The notes under the pieces were generated by a model that was not told the DNA's origin, ran no database searches, and saw only the letters and a list, made by a program, of their open reading frames with translations. Both the position numbers and the translations under genes were made by a program. This document shows, in pieces, positions 31,620 to 41,391 of a DNA stretch of 64,000 bases; within the stretch, counting starts at the first letter, position 1, and every line of letters starts with the position of its first letter. Source of the stretch: Acholeplasmatales bacterium (lineage in GTDB: Bacteria > Bacillota_I > Bacilli_A > Acholeplasmatales > JAEDCM01); contig JAGCWW010000003.1 in NCBI GenBank assembly GCA_017961685.1, positions 3,119-67,118 on the forward strand, in the 5' to 3' direction.

Positions 31620-32652
31620 TTTTCTTACCTCCTAAATCCATAAAGTCATTAAATCTTTCAAGTAATAAATTGAAGTCTTCTGGGTTAGCTTCATTATCTA
31701 GGTTATATAAAATACCTAGTAAATGCTTATCATAGTTAACTACGCCTTCAATTTCACCATCAAGTAAGTTTTTACTTAATATATCTAAGTTAGTGTTTGT
31801 TAAATCGCTAATTCTATAGAAATGGTTTTGACTAATTACATAATTTTTCTTTGTATCTTCATATTTAATAGTATGATTTCCGCCTCTATGGCCAAACTTC
31901 ATTAATTCATTCTTACCACCACAAGCTTCAACTAATACGTTAGTTCCAATTCCTGTAGCAAAGATTGGTTTTTTACCAATTAAATTCTTTACTAAATCAA
32001 CTGAAACAATTTTAGGACCTCCTGCAAAGAAGATTCCATCATATTTAGCAATTTGTTCTGCTTTAGCATCATATGGGAAAACTGTAACATCGTAATAGTT
32101 AGATAACACATCAAAAATTGATTTTCTAGCACCTAAATCTAGACAAGCAATCTTTCTTTTTGCTTCTTTATTTTTGATTTCATACTTATCAATTTTAATA
32201 TCAGGCTCACCTTTTTTATATTTGCTTATTTTTTCTAAAGCAGTTTCTACTGATGTAGATAGTGGTGTAATAATACCTAACATTTCACCATTATTTCTAA
32301 TTTCTTTTGTAAGCATTCTTGTGTCTAAATCATACATATAAGTTACATTTTCTTTAACGAATAAATCAGTTAAACTCATATTTGATCTAAAGTTTGATGG
32401 TTTAGAATTAAATTCTTTCGCAATCATACCTTTAATTTGAACCTTATCAGATTCATAATCTTCATCATTAATTCCATAATTTCCAATTAATGTGTAAGTC
32501 ATAACAACAATATCATCAAAGTTTGCTTTATCATACATTATTTGTTGATAACCAACCATAGATGTATTGAATGTGACTTTTCCAATTTTTTCTTCTCCAT
32601 AGCCTTCGCCTATGAATTCTTTACCATTTTCTAAAACTAGCTTAAGCTTCAT
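31612..32652 (-). CDS. carA: Carbamoyl-phosphate synthase small subunit, glutaminase site degenerate
   Basis: FNTSMVGYQ, IGNYGIN, DTRMLT, MKFGHRGGNH and SQNH kept, but FGICLG reads FATGIG and QYHPE reads LYNLD. Confidence 0.92.
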   Translation of the reverse strand: MKLKLVLENGKEFIGEGYGEEKIGKVTFNTSMVGYQQIMYDKANFDDIVVMTYTLIGNYGINDEDYESDKVQIKGMIAKEFNSKPSNFRSNMSLTDLFVKENVTYMYDLDTRMLTKEIRNNGEMLGIITPLSTSVETALEKISKYKKGEPDIKIDKYEIKNKEAKRKIACLDLGARKSIFDVLSNYYDVTVFPYDAKAEQIAKYDGIFFAGGPKIVSVDLVKNLIGKKPIFATGIGTNVLVEACGGKNELMKFGHRGGNHTIKYEDTKKNYVISQNHFYRISDLTNTNLDILSKNLLDGEIEGVVNYDKHLLGILYNLDNEANPEDFNLLLERFNDFMDLGGKKNA

Positions 32653-33889
32653 ACACTATTCCTCCATTTAAAATTGTATATTTAACTAATCCATTTACTT
32701 TCATTCCCATAAATGGAATAGCTTTTGACCTACTTAGTATGAATTTATCATCAATAATAAATTCTTTATTTAAATCAACTATTGTTAGATTTGCTTTATT
32801 TCCTTCAATTATTTCATGACTATCTAAATGGAATAATTTAGATTCATTTAAACTCATTAAATCAACTAATCTCTTTAATGAAATTATTCCAGTTTTAACA
32901 AAGTTTGTATAAATTAGTGGAAATGATGTTTCAAGTCCAACAATACCAAATGGTGATTTTAATAATCCCTTACTCTTCTCTTCATTTGAATGAGGAGCAT
33001 GGTCTGTTGAGATTATATCAATTGAACCATCCTTTAAGCCTTCAATTAAAGCTTTTTGATCTTCAACTGATGAAAGTGGTGGATTCATTTTATATGCGCC
33101 ATCATCAACTAAATTCATTTCATTTAAAACTAAGTGATGTGGTGTTACTTCACAGCTTACATTACATCTTTTCTTATACCATTTAATTAATTCTAGTGAA
33201 TATCTACTAGATATATGACATAAATGATACTGACAATTTGTTTTTTCAGCTAAAACTAAATCACGAGCAAGTTGTACAGTCTCACTTACATCTAAGATTC
33301 CTGGAATTAAATGATCTTTATTCCAAGCACCTTCTCTAATTACACCACCATATAAAAGTGATTCATCTTCAGAGTGTGCTATAATTGGGCGATTTAAGCG
33401 TTTTGCGTTTAACATTGCTTGATACATTAAATCAGCTGTTTTAACGCCTTTACCGTCATCTGAGAAGCCCTTAACATAGCTTTTAATCGCATCCATATCT
33501 GATAAAACTTCTGATTTTTCATCTTTAGTAATTGTACCAAGTATATGACAGTTTATTACTGCATCACGCCTTAATTCATCTAATACCTTAACTGATTCTA
33601 AGTCAGATGGACTTGGTTTAAGATTTGGCATCATAAATACATCAGTATATCCGCCTTTAGCCGCAACTTTAGCTTCTTCTTTAATTGTTGCTTTATATTC
33701 AAAACCTGGTTCTCTAAAATGAACATGACAATCTATAAATGATGGTAGAATAGTTAGATTAGTACAATCTATTACTTCACCTTCATTAATATTATCATCA
33801 ATTTTAACTATTACTTCTTTATCAATTAAAATATCTTTTTTAACTAAATCACTACCGATTAGTACATTTCCGTTTTTTAAAGTAATCAT
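32642..33889 (-). CDS. pyrC: Dihydroorotase
   Basis: DCHVHFREPG, CEVTPHH, KMNPPL, TDHAPH. Confidence 0.96.
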   Translation of the reverse strand: MITLKNGNVLIGSDLVKKDILIDKEVIVKIDDNINEGEVIDCTNLTILPSFIDCHVHFREPGFEYKATIKEEAKVAAKGGYTDVFMMPNLKPSPSDLESVKVLDELRRDAVINCHILGTITKDEKSEVLSDMDAIKSYVKGFSDDGKGVKTADLMYQAMLNAKRLNRPIIAHSEDESLLYGGVIREGAWNKDHLIPGILDVSETVQLARDLVLAEKTNCQYHLCHISSRYSLELIKWYKKRCNVSCEVTPHHLVLNEMNLVDDGAYKMNPPLSSVEDQKALIEGLKDGSIDIISTDHAPHSNEEKSKGLLKSPFGIVGLETSFPLIYTNFVKTGIISLKRLVDLMSLNESKLFHLDSHEIIEGNKANLTIVDLNKEFIIDDKFILSRSKAIPFMGMKVNGLVKYTILNGGIVYEA

Positions 33890-34761
33890 AGGCCTAAACT
33901 CCTTTTAACTACTGCCATTCTAATGTATACTCCATTAGTCATTTGCTTAAATATTCTTGATTTACTACATTCAACAACATCATCAGCAATTTCTACTCCT
34001 CTATTAAATGGAGCTGGATGCATTATAATCGCATTTTCTTTCATTTTTTCTACTTTATCCATTGTTAAACCGTAATTCTTTAAGTATTCAGCATTTGAGA
34101 TTTGTAAGTGTTCTGAGCTACCTAATCTTTCATTTTGAATTCTAAGTAGCATTATTATATCCATTTTATTAATTGCTTCATCTAGTGGAATATGTTTGTA
34201 ACATGCTTCTTCATATTCTTTAGGTCCTGATGTATAACATTCCATACCTAGTCTAGTCATAACTTCAATATTTGTATGAGCTACTCTAGAATGCTTAATA
34301 TCTCCAACAATTGCAATCTTTAGTCCTTCAAAGTGACCATATTCTTCATATATCGTAAATAAATCCAAAAGTGATTGAGTTGGATGATCTCCCATTCCAT
34401 CTCCGGCGTTAATAATTGGAATAGAGATATTTTTTAATTCATTATAATATTTTGTTTTAGAATGTCTTATAACAAATAAATCAATACCAAATGATTCAAA
34501 TGTTTTAATTGTATCATAGAAAGATTCACCCTTATTTAAGCTAGATGTTTGAGCATTAAAGTTAATTACTTTCATATCAAGCTTTTCTTCAGCCATATTA
34601 AATGAATATTGTGTACGTGTAGATGGTTCAAAAAATAAATTACATACAACCTTATTCTTAATAGGATATTCTTTTCCTCTTTTGAAGCGTCTTGCTTCTT
34701 CTAATATTTCCATTATTTCTTCATTTGTTAAGTCTCTTAAGGAGAATAAATTCTTTTTCAT
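33886..34761 (-). CDS. pyrB: Aspartate carbamoyltransferase catalytic subunit
   Basis: FFEPSTRT, HPTQSLLD, GDIKHSRVA, LRIQNER, MHPAP. Confidence 0.97.
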   Translation of the reverse strand: MKKNLFSLRDLTNEEIMEILEEARRFKRGKEYPIKNKVVCNLFFEPSTRTQYSFNMAEEKLDMKVINFNAQTSSLNKGESFYDTIKTFESFGIDLFVIRHSKTKYYNELKNISIPIINAGDGMGDHPTQSLLDLFTIYEEYGHFEGLKIAIVGDIKHSRVAHTNIEVMTRLGMECYTSGPKEYEEACYKHIPLDEAINKMDIIMLLRIQNERLGSSEHLQISNAEYLKNYGLTMDKVEKMKENAIIMHPAPFNRGVEIADDVVECSKSRIFKQMTNGVYIRMAVVKRSLGL

Positions 34762-34778
34762 AAAAACCTCCTAATTTA

Positions 34779-34886
34779 TAAATAAAGGCACTATAGTTAG
34801 TCCTATAGCGCCTAAATAACATACCAAAAAGCTTCTGCTTTATAAAATATAATTATTTTATAGCCTCACAGGACTATTTAAAACTT
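34779..34886 (-). promoter_or_regulatory. PyrR-binding attenuator (binding loop plus terminator)
   Basis: TTTTAAATAGTCCTGTGAGGCTATAAAA matches the PyrR loop consensus AGUCCNGNGAGGCU; terminator AGGCGCTATAG/CTATAGTGCCT (34813-34786) plus TTTATTT before the SD. Confidence 0.9.
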
Positions 34887-34901
34887 CTTTACTCTAGTAG
34901 T

Positions 34902-34930
34902 ATTATAATACTATTGATTATTAAATGCAA
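34902..34930 (-). promoter_or_regulatory. SigA promoter of the pyr operon
   Basis: TTGCAT, 17 bp spacer, TATAAT. Confidence 0.7.
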
Positions 34931-34982
34931 ATACTTTTTTCATTTTTTTAATAATTAATTATATATTTATATTAAATATAAG

Positions 34983-35008
34983 AAAAACGCCTAGCAATTT
35001 AGGCGTTT
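34983..35008 (-). terminator. Intrinsic terminator
   Basis: AAACGCCTA/TAGGCGTTT stem plus T-run. Confidence 0.75.
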
Positions 35009-35012
35009 AACT

Positions 35013-38000
35013 TTATTTTATTATTGTTACTACTGGTCTAATACCTGTATTAGTATAGTTAGTGTTAATATTTGAGAATGAGCCTGATGCATTAACAGTA
35101 GAAACCTTTGAAGCTGAACTATATGGACTTCTTAAAAGCCAAGTTGCATATTTATGACCGCTATAATCAGTTAGCACACCTTGACATTTTGCATAATCAG
35201 TAGCTAAGCATCTCATATTATTTGAGCCATAATATGCTTCTGCTTCTGTATATGATAATAGTGTTACTAGATCACTAGTATTAGCACATTCATATGTAGT
35301 TTGTGATGTAGTTGATTTGCTATTATCAACTGTCATAATTTCCATGATTTCTTTTTCCAAATCATTAAATGCAGTATTATAGAAATTATTATTTAACCAT
35401 TTTCTAATATTTGATAACTTATAGTTATTAGAATATCCATCTTGACCATTATGAATAAATGATGTAGATTGACTAGTCTCATAGAATTCTTGACTATCTA
35501 AAACTAAATTAGCAATTATCTTTATAGAATCATCAGTTTCACTAATAATATCCCATTCAATTTGTTCATATTTAAAGAAATAAATATGTTCTGGAGCCAA
35601 ATCTGATCCTTCTGGGTAGAAATGAATTGGATAATAACTATTATCATATTGATTACTATTAGAGTAGTATGGTCCACTATTTTGACTATAGGTATTATTA
35701 CGATAATCAAAGAAAATTACGCCTCTATATCTATCTCCATCAACATCTATATCTTTATACCACATTAATGGAGCATTATAATAAACAGTTCTATATTGTG
35801 TAGCGCCATATTGGTCTTTATATTCTTCTGTTTTTGTAGCAGTAAAGCGATAATTACTATACAATGTCCAATCAGTTCTAGATTCACAACCATCATATTT
35901 ATCTGCGCTTGTTACATCAGGTAGTGTTCCTGATAAATGATATAATTGAGTATTTAATGCACTATCAGTTACTAGAGTTTGTGGGTACGTACCAAAATAG
36001 ATTTTATCCCCAAATCTTTCGTAACCATTGCAAGCGCATTTGCCAAATACAGCTGTAATATATCTTATTGCTTCAATTTCTGGGTCTGCAAATAAATCAT
36101 ATGATGGGTTACTTGATATTAATTCACCATTTTCATACCATCCATCAAAGCCATATCCATCGTTTGGATGAGCTACTATAGTAGTTGGAGATTCAATTAA
36201 TAAATAAACATAACCACCATTATCTATATATCCATAATTAGAATTATCTACTGATATTAAAGCAGGATAGCACTTTGAAAATGCTTTATATCTTACATCA
36301 TGTGCAGGCATTTTAAATGTGATTGATGAATTATAGAATACTTCTTCTGTATCCATATTCTTCCAATAATCAAAATAATTTCCATCTTTAAGTGATACTG
36401 TTAAAGTTATTTCACTATCACAATAAGCTTTTGTATAGTTTCCTTCAGTAAATAAATTAGTTCCACTAACAGTTAAACCTGTTTCACCTGTAAGTGTTAC
36501 TTTGTAGCTATTAGGATCAAAATGTGGGATTATAATTAGATTTTCTGTAATAGGTGCACTAAAATCAAAACGTTCTCCATTACATTCCCAGTAATTAAAT
36601 GTATAACCAGTTTTTGTTTGTTGTGGAGTACCAGGATTATATGTTGTAGCTCCTACTTCAACATATACTTCATTTCTTACTTTAATCATATCTGGTTCAT
36701 AGAATGTTACTCTACACTTCCATGAAGCAGCTACCTTTATATCATAAGCAAATTCAAATCTTTCGCCAATCTTTACAACTATACCTGTTAAATGCGCTTC
36801 AATTTCGATAACGTCTCCTCTAGTTACACGTGTAGTTTCAGTTGCTACTTCTCCATTTTTAAAGACATGATTAGTATTAACATATCCATCTGCATAACCT
36901 ATTTTTAAGGCACTATTCATATAATCAACTATATAAAGTGAATAATCTGTATCTACATCATATTTAGCATATTCTTGGTAATATAAGTATCCAGTAAATG
37001 ATAAGCCTTCTAAAGTAGGTTCTTCGATATCGAAAATATCACCATATTTCATTTTAACTGAACTAGGAACACTACTAGTTCCACCATTATTATCAATAGT
37101 TATAGTATATTCATTTTGAGTATAATATGCATAAATATTCTTATCTTCATGAGGCATTTTAAATGTAATACTATCTTCTGTTGAATAAACTTCTGTTGAA
37201 TCTTCACTTTCAAGCCATCCAACAAATGTATATCCATCTACATCTAATTTTTCTCTTGTGTAATTTGTTAAATAATCTATGCCCCATGAATAAACTTCTT
37301 TTACTCCATCAGGTGAAACCTTATAATACTTTAATAAATAAGTATCAGGAGTAAATATGGCTTTAATTGTGGCATTTCCAGTTAGCCAATGACCTATAAT
37401 TTCAGGGTGATTATCAAATTCTCTACTCCAGAAAGCATCTTCTAGGTCATATCCATCTTCACTAACCCATTTAACGAATCTATATCCTGTATTTGATGTA
37501 GCTGTAAATGATACGTAGTGACCATATTCAAATTCACCAGTACCTTTAACTGCAGTATCTGGATCTTCATCAAGTGTTATTGTTACATAACCTTCCTCTT
37601 CTTCACAAAGAGCTTTTACAGTACACATTCTACCTGTTACATCAAGTGTTAGATAATAATTATCTACCATAGTTAAAGCGAATGTATAAATACTTTCAGC
37701 TTTATCTTTTGTAAGAGTTCCTACATTACCATAATATGAATCAACAAGGTTATTTAATGTGTAATCTTCTAGAATATAAAGCTTAAATGAAGCTACACTA
37801 TTATAGTTATAAATAGCAGCAAAGGCTCCATTTGTTTTATCGTTTGTAACTATTTCTTTAGCCTCATTAACTAAGACTATTTTCTTGCCAACGACTACGC
37901 TTGTACTATAACTTAAATTTAAAGTATATTCATTTATTTCATAAAATACTTCTACTTTTACATCCTCTAACATAGTTACAAAGAAATATGAATAATACTC

Positions 38001-38792
38001 ATATTCTCCGTTAACTAGGCAATGATCAAAGTGATATCCTTCAACAGATTTAACATATATTGATACGTCTTCATCATATTCATATGTTAAAGTTACTTTG
38101 CCAGTATATTCATTATATTCATCTATTTCATATTCACCTTTGTTTTTTATGTTATCAGTGATTGTTAGAGTAAATGTTTGAATAACGAATTTTGCTTGTA
38201 TTTCAATATCTTTTGCAGGCATTTTAATTGTTGTTTCTTCTTTATCATTTAGATAAACTCCATCAATATACCAGCCTTCAAGCTTATAGCCTGTAATTGG
38301 CATAGCCTTTAAAGTGATTGTACTACCACATTCATAGGCTCCATCAGCTACTTCGATATCACCATAAGTATCATCTTCAATAGTTGAAGTTAGATTAAAT
38401 GTTTCTGCGCTAAATTTGGCATTTAAATTGATATCTTTAGTTATATTAGTTATATTGTATGTTGTTTCATTTGTTAGTAGATTTTCTCCATCATATAAAC
38501 CTTCATAAACATAACCTTCATTTGTTGAGATTGTAATTGTTGTATTACTATTTAAACTAAACTTACCAACTCCTGTTATTGTTGCGGCTTCTTCTTTATT
38601 CATAGATACCTTTACTTCAAACTTTTTCTCTGTTGTAGTTGGTTTAGTTGTTGTTTTAACTGTTGTTACAGTTGTTTTTTCTTTTGTAGTTACGTTTGTT
38701 GTTTTTTTATTAGTTGTAATACTTTTTTTACTACAACCTACAATTAGTAGTATAAAAGGTATTATGTATAATAATTTATTAAATTTCCTCAT
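35013..38792 (-). CDS. Large surface lipoprotein: Thr-rich linker, InlB B-like repeats, C-terminal DUF6273-like domain
   Basis: Lipobox LIVGC; KKTTNVTTKEKTT linker; repeated GYxFxxW modules; IYFGTYPQ...SNIRKWLN...WLLRSP...GIRPV C-terminal domain. Confidence 0.8.
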   Translation of the reverse strand: MRKFNKLLYIIPFILLIVGCSKKSITTNKKTTNVTTKEKTTVTTVKTTTKPTTTEKKFEVKVSMNKEEAATITGVGKFSLNSNTTITISTNEGYVYEGLYDGENLLTNETTYNITNITKDINLNAKFSAETFNLTSTIEDDTYGDIEVADGAYECGSTITLKAMPITGYKLEGWYIDGVYLNDKEETTIKMPAKDIEIQAKFVIQTFTLTITDNIKNKGEYEIDEYNEYTGKVTLTYEYDEDVSIYVKSVEGYHFDHCLVNGEYEYYSYFFVTMLEDVKVEVFYEINEYTLNLSYSTSVVVGKKIVLVNEAKEIVTNDKTNGAFAAIYNYNSVASFKLYILEDYTLNNLVDSYYGNVGTLTKDKAESIYTFALTMVDNYYLTLDVTGRMCTVKALCEEEEGYVTITLDEDPDTAVKGTGEFEYGHYVSFTATSNTGYRFVKWVSEDGYDLEDAFWSREFDNHPEIIGHWLTGNATIKAIFTPDTYLLKYYKVSPDGVKEVYSWGIDYLTNYTREKLDVDGYTFVGWLESEDSTEVYSTEDSITFKMPHEDKNIYAYYTQNEYTITIDNNGGTSSVPSSVKMKYGDIFDIEEPTLEGLSFTGYLYYQEYAKYDVDTDYSLYIVDYMNSALKIGYADGYVNTNHVFKNGEVATETTRVTRGDVIEIEAHLTGIVVKIGERFEFAYDIKVAASWKCRVTFYEPDMIKVRNEVYVEVGATTYNPGTPQQTKTGYTFNYWECNGERFDFSAPITENLIIIPHFDPNSYKVTLTGETGLTVSGTNLFTEGNYTKAYCDSEITLTVSLKDGNYFDYWKNMDTEEVFYNSSITFKMPAHDVRYKAFSKCYPALISVDNSNYGYIDNGGYVYLLIESPTTIVAHPNDGYGFDGWYENGELISSNPSYDLFADPEIEAIRYITAVFGKCACNGYERFGDKIYFGTYPQTLVTDSALNTQLYHLSGTLPDVTSADKYDGCESRTDWTLYSNYRFTATKTEEYKDQYGATQYRTVYYNAPLMWYKDIDVDGDRYRGVIFFDYRNNTYSQNSGPYYSNSNQYDNSYYPIHFYPEGSDLAPEHIYFFKYEQIEWDIISETDDSIKIIANLVLDSQEFYETSQSTSFIHNGQDGYSNNYKLSNIRKWLNNNFYNTAFNDLEKEIMEIMTVDNSKSTTSQTTYECANTSDLVTLLSYTEAEAYYGSNNMRCLATDYAKCQGVLTDYSGHKYATWLLRSPYSSASKVSTVNASGSFSNINTNYTNTGIRPVVTIIK

Positions 38793-38802
38793 AAAAAACC
38801 TC

Positions 38803-41205
38803 CTATACTGGTCTTACATCCCTATCCTTAATTACTGTCTTATTTGAGCCCTTAATTGTTATATCATACTTTGATTTTGCATCTGATTTAACTTTATCAA
38901 AGATATCATCAGTTAAATATTCAGGATCTCCATCTACATCATATAATGTAACACTACCATCCATACTATATTTACTGAAACTAGCATAAATTGTTGCTTC
39001 TAGAAGCATATAGTCATAATATTTATTGATTGTATAATTATTAAATGTCATACCATCCATTAATGATTTGCTTACTTTATAATAATCTTCACCATAGCTT
39101 AAGATTATATCTTCATTTGTATCGAAGCAATCAGACATTGAATGAATTGTAGTTGTATCATCAGAATCATTAGTTAATATTGCAAATTGATTATTAGCTG
39201 TATTAGGATTAATTGAAATTGAGCTTGCTGAAGATCTTCTAACAGTATAATATACTTGATTATATTTTGTAACTGCTACTACTTCGCTTAAATAATATGT
39301 ACCTTGATATAAATCTTCAAATGGGATAACTCTACTATTTGAACCAATTGCTAGTTTTGAATAATATCCATTTTCTTCGGCGTCCATATTAACAAATCCA
39401 CTTCCACTACAATAAATGTATGAGAAATATTGTACACCATCAGAAATAGTTGTGAAGCTTGAATCGAAATATGCATTCATTGTTCCATCTTCATTAAATG
39501 TAAAAATTGAATTACCATAATCTGTAATTGTTGTTCCTGAATCAACATCTGTTCTATTAAAATCAATTTCGACTTCACGATATCCTTTAGTTTTATCAGT
39601 CCCATCATATTCAGGTGCTTCAATAGCAATTTCTACAAAGTCTACACTATTAAAGTCAAAATATAATTCGCCATAATCATTATAAATTTCTACATCTATA
39701 TATTCAGATATTTGATCATAGTCATCTCTTTCAATTTTTTGAACCTTAATTTCATCATTAATTGTTGTTGCAAAATATTGTTCACAGAATAAATTAACTA
39801 TTGCAGTTCCATCTACATAATTAGCAAGAACGATGATATTATCAAAATCTAATTCATTTTTAAATGAGAATTCATAGCTATCATCAAATGTAACATCATA
39901 GAATTCTGGTAGGTTATATGTAACAGTTACATTAAATGTAGCTCCTGATGTATAAATATATGGGAATACAACATCCTTATTAGCATAATCAATAACTAAT
40001 GTTTTATCATCATTCTCACCATCAGTAGCTCTTAATGCGATGTAATATTTATATTTAGAAACTCCACCAAGTTCTCCTAATTCTTGAGCAAAATCTTTTG
40101 AGAATATTTCATCATATTTATCAGCACTAAAATGCATTGTTGCTGAACCATAATTTGATTTTTGAGTTCCTAAAATTTCCATATTAAGCTTCTTAGTTGA
40201 AATAGTTAGCTTAAATGGATCTGATCTATAAGCATCTCCTGCTAGAGCTTTAACATAAATATCGCCTAGATCAAATGGAGTTGTTTCATCAAATTCTAGG
40301 TTGTATTCTCCATCAAGAGTTAATGAATAATAGAATTTAATTCCTTCATATTCCTTATCAGTAACAATTAAGTTTGCTGGGTCAATTCCATATTCAACGT
40401 TTTCTGGTTTGTTTGTGAATTTGATTACACCATTTAATTTGTTATTATCTCTTTCAAAATTATTAACAGCATCAACCATACTATCGATTTCTTCACTTGT
40501 TAATTCTTGTTTAACAACATTAAACTTAGTTTCCAAGTCTTCATCTGTTACAGTTTTAATTGTATCTTTCTTATCAATTAATTCTGATACTTTATCGATT
40601 GATGTGTTGTTATTAGTTGTATAAGTTAATTTGTTTAAAGTATCATTAAATGTTGCTTGATTTAACTCGTTATCCTTTAAGAAATAAACCATTGTCTTAC
40701 CATCAAGTAGTGATAATGTAGATTTTATAGTATTTTGTGCTTCATCTATTTCTACATCAAAACCTATTTTAGTACCACGAATTGCCATTACTGAGTTACT
40801 TGATGCAATTTCAAAGGTTTCAGAATCTTTTAATTTTTCCTTAACTTCAACAACGACGCCACCTTTATCAACTAAAATCTTTGTTTTTGTATTATTTGAT
40901 TTACCTGTAGCAACTAGTGTTAAAGTAGTATTTTCTTTAGCCATAATGAACTTGTCATTATCAAGCTTTAAAATAGCACTTGATGAAGCATTTACTTCAA
41001 CCTTATCACCGTTTTTCAAACTCATTCCTTCAACTACTTCTTTATTTTCATCTTTTCTAATGACATTAACATTGTTTGTCACTTTGTATAGATTAATTTT
41101 ACGGTAGCTTTTAGATTTAGGAATGCATAGGCAAATAATTAAGACAATAGCCGCAATTAAAACTGCTCCCCCTATTGAAGAAAATAATATAATTTTCTTT
41201 TTCAT
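38803..41205 (-). CDS. Membrane-anchored FecR-domain surface protein (paralog 2)
   Basis: N-terminal TM; LKNGDKVEV...FEIASSNSVMAIRGT FecR-like signature; acidic beta-rich C-terminus. Start ATG 41205 behind AGGAGGG. Confidence 0.75.
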   Translation of the reverse strand: MKKKIILFSSIGGAVLIAAIVLIICLCIPKSKSYRKINLYKVTNNVNVIRKDENKEVVEGMSLKNGDKVEVNASSSAILKLDNDKFIMAKENTTLTLVATGKSNNTKTKILVDKGGVVVEVKEKLKDSETFEIASSNSVMAIRGTKIGFDVEIDEAQNTIKSTLSLLDGKTMVYFLKDNELNQATFNDTLNKLTYTTNNNTSIDKVSELIDKKDTIKTVTDEDLETKFNVVKQELTSEEIDSMVDAVNNFERDNNKLNGVIKFTNKPENVEYGIDPANLIVTDKEYEGIKFYYSLTLDGEYNLEFDETTPFDLGDIYVKALAGDAYRSDPFKLTISTKKLNMEILGTQKSNYGSATMHFSADKYDEIFSKDFAQELGELGGVSKYKYYIALRATDGENDDKTLVIDYANKDVVFPYIYTSGATFNVTVTYNLPEFYDVTFDDSYEFSFKNELDFDNIIVLANYVDGTAIVNLFCEQYFATTINDEIKVQKIERDDYDQISEYIDVEIYNDYGELYFDFNSVDFVEIAIEAPEYDGTDKTKGYREVEIDFNRTDVDSGTTITDYGNSIFTFNEDGTMNAYFDSSFTTISDGVQYFSYIYCSGSGFVNMDAEENGYYSKLAIGSNSRVIPFEDLYQGTYYLSEVVAVTKYNQVYYTVRRSSASSISINPNTANNQFAILTNDSDDTTTIHSMSDCFDTNEDIILSYGEDYYKVSKSLMDGMTFNNYTINKYYDYMLLEATIYASFSKYSMDGSVTLYDVDGDPEYLTDDIFDKVKSDAKSKYDITIKGSNKTVIKDRDVRPV
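41131..41205 (-). repeat. 75-bp near-identical copy of 43909-43983 (5' ends of the two FecR-domain paralogs)
   Basis: Manual alignment gives 3 mismatches in 75 nt. Confidence 0.9.
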
Positions 41206-41220
41206 AGAATCCCTCCTAAT

Positions 41221-41335
41221 ATAAAATAAAGGTGCTATAGTGCTTAGCACCTTAAATAATTTATAAATTATATTTAAGTCTAATAAGACTACTTTAAACC
41301 CCTTATATTATATTCTTAATATAAAGTAAAGTCAA
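41221..41335 (-). promoter_or_regulatory. Promoter plus leader containing a terminator-like hairpin (candidate attenuator)
   Basis: TTGACT (41335-41330), 17 bp, TATAAT (41312-41307); hairpin AGTC-TTATTA-GACT (41290-41277); stem AAGGTGCTA/TAGCACCTT (41253-41229) plus T-rich tail before the SD. Confidence 0.65.
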
Positions 41336-41344
41336 CTAAAAGTT

Positions 41345-41374
41345 AAAAAAGAGCCTAAGCGTATGCTTAAGCTC
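41345..41374 (-). terminator. Intrinsic terminator after FecR-domain paralog 1
   Basis: GAGCTTAAGC-ATAC-GCTTAGGCTC plus TTTTTT. Confidence 0.8.
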
Positions 41375-41391
41375 ATATTTTTTTATGTGTT

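Noticed and set aside
31612-32652. carA as a pseudogene
   Set aside because: No frameshift or stop, full length, coupled to both neighbours, with non-catalytic motifs conserved.
35016-35160. Diversity-generating retroelement
   Set aside because: No template repeat or reverse transcriptase visible in the window; kept only as a check under the lipoprotein finding.
38630-38730. GTT-rich low-complexity tract as possible tandem or CRISPR repeat
   Set aside because: Encodes the Thr/Lys linker of the lipoprotein; no fixed-period repeat-spacer structure.
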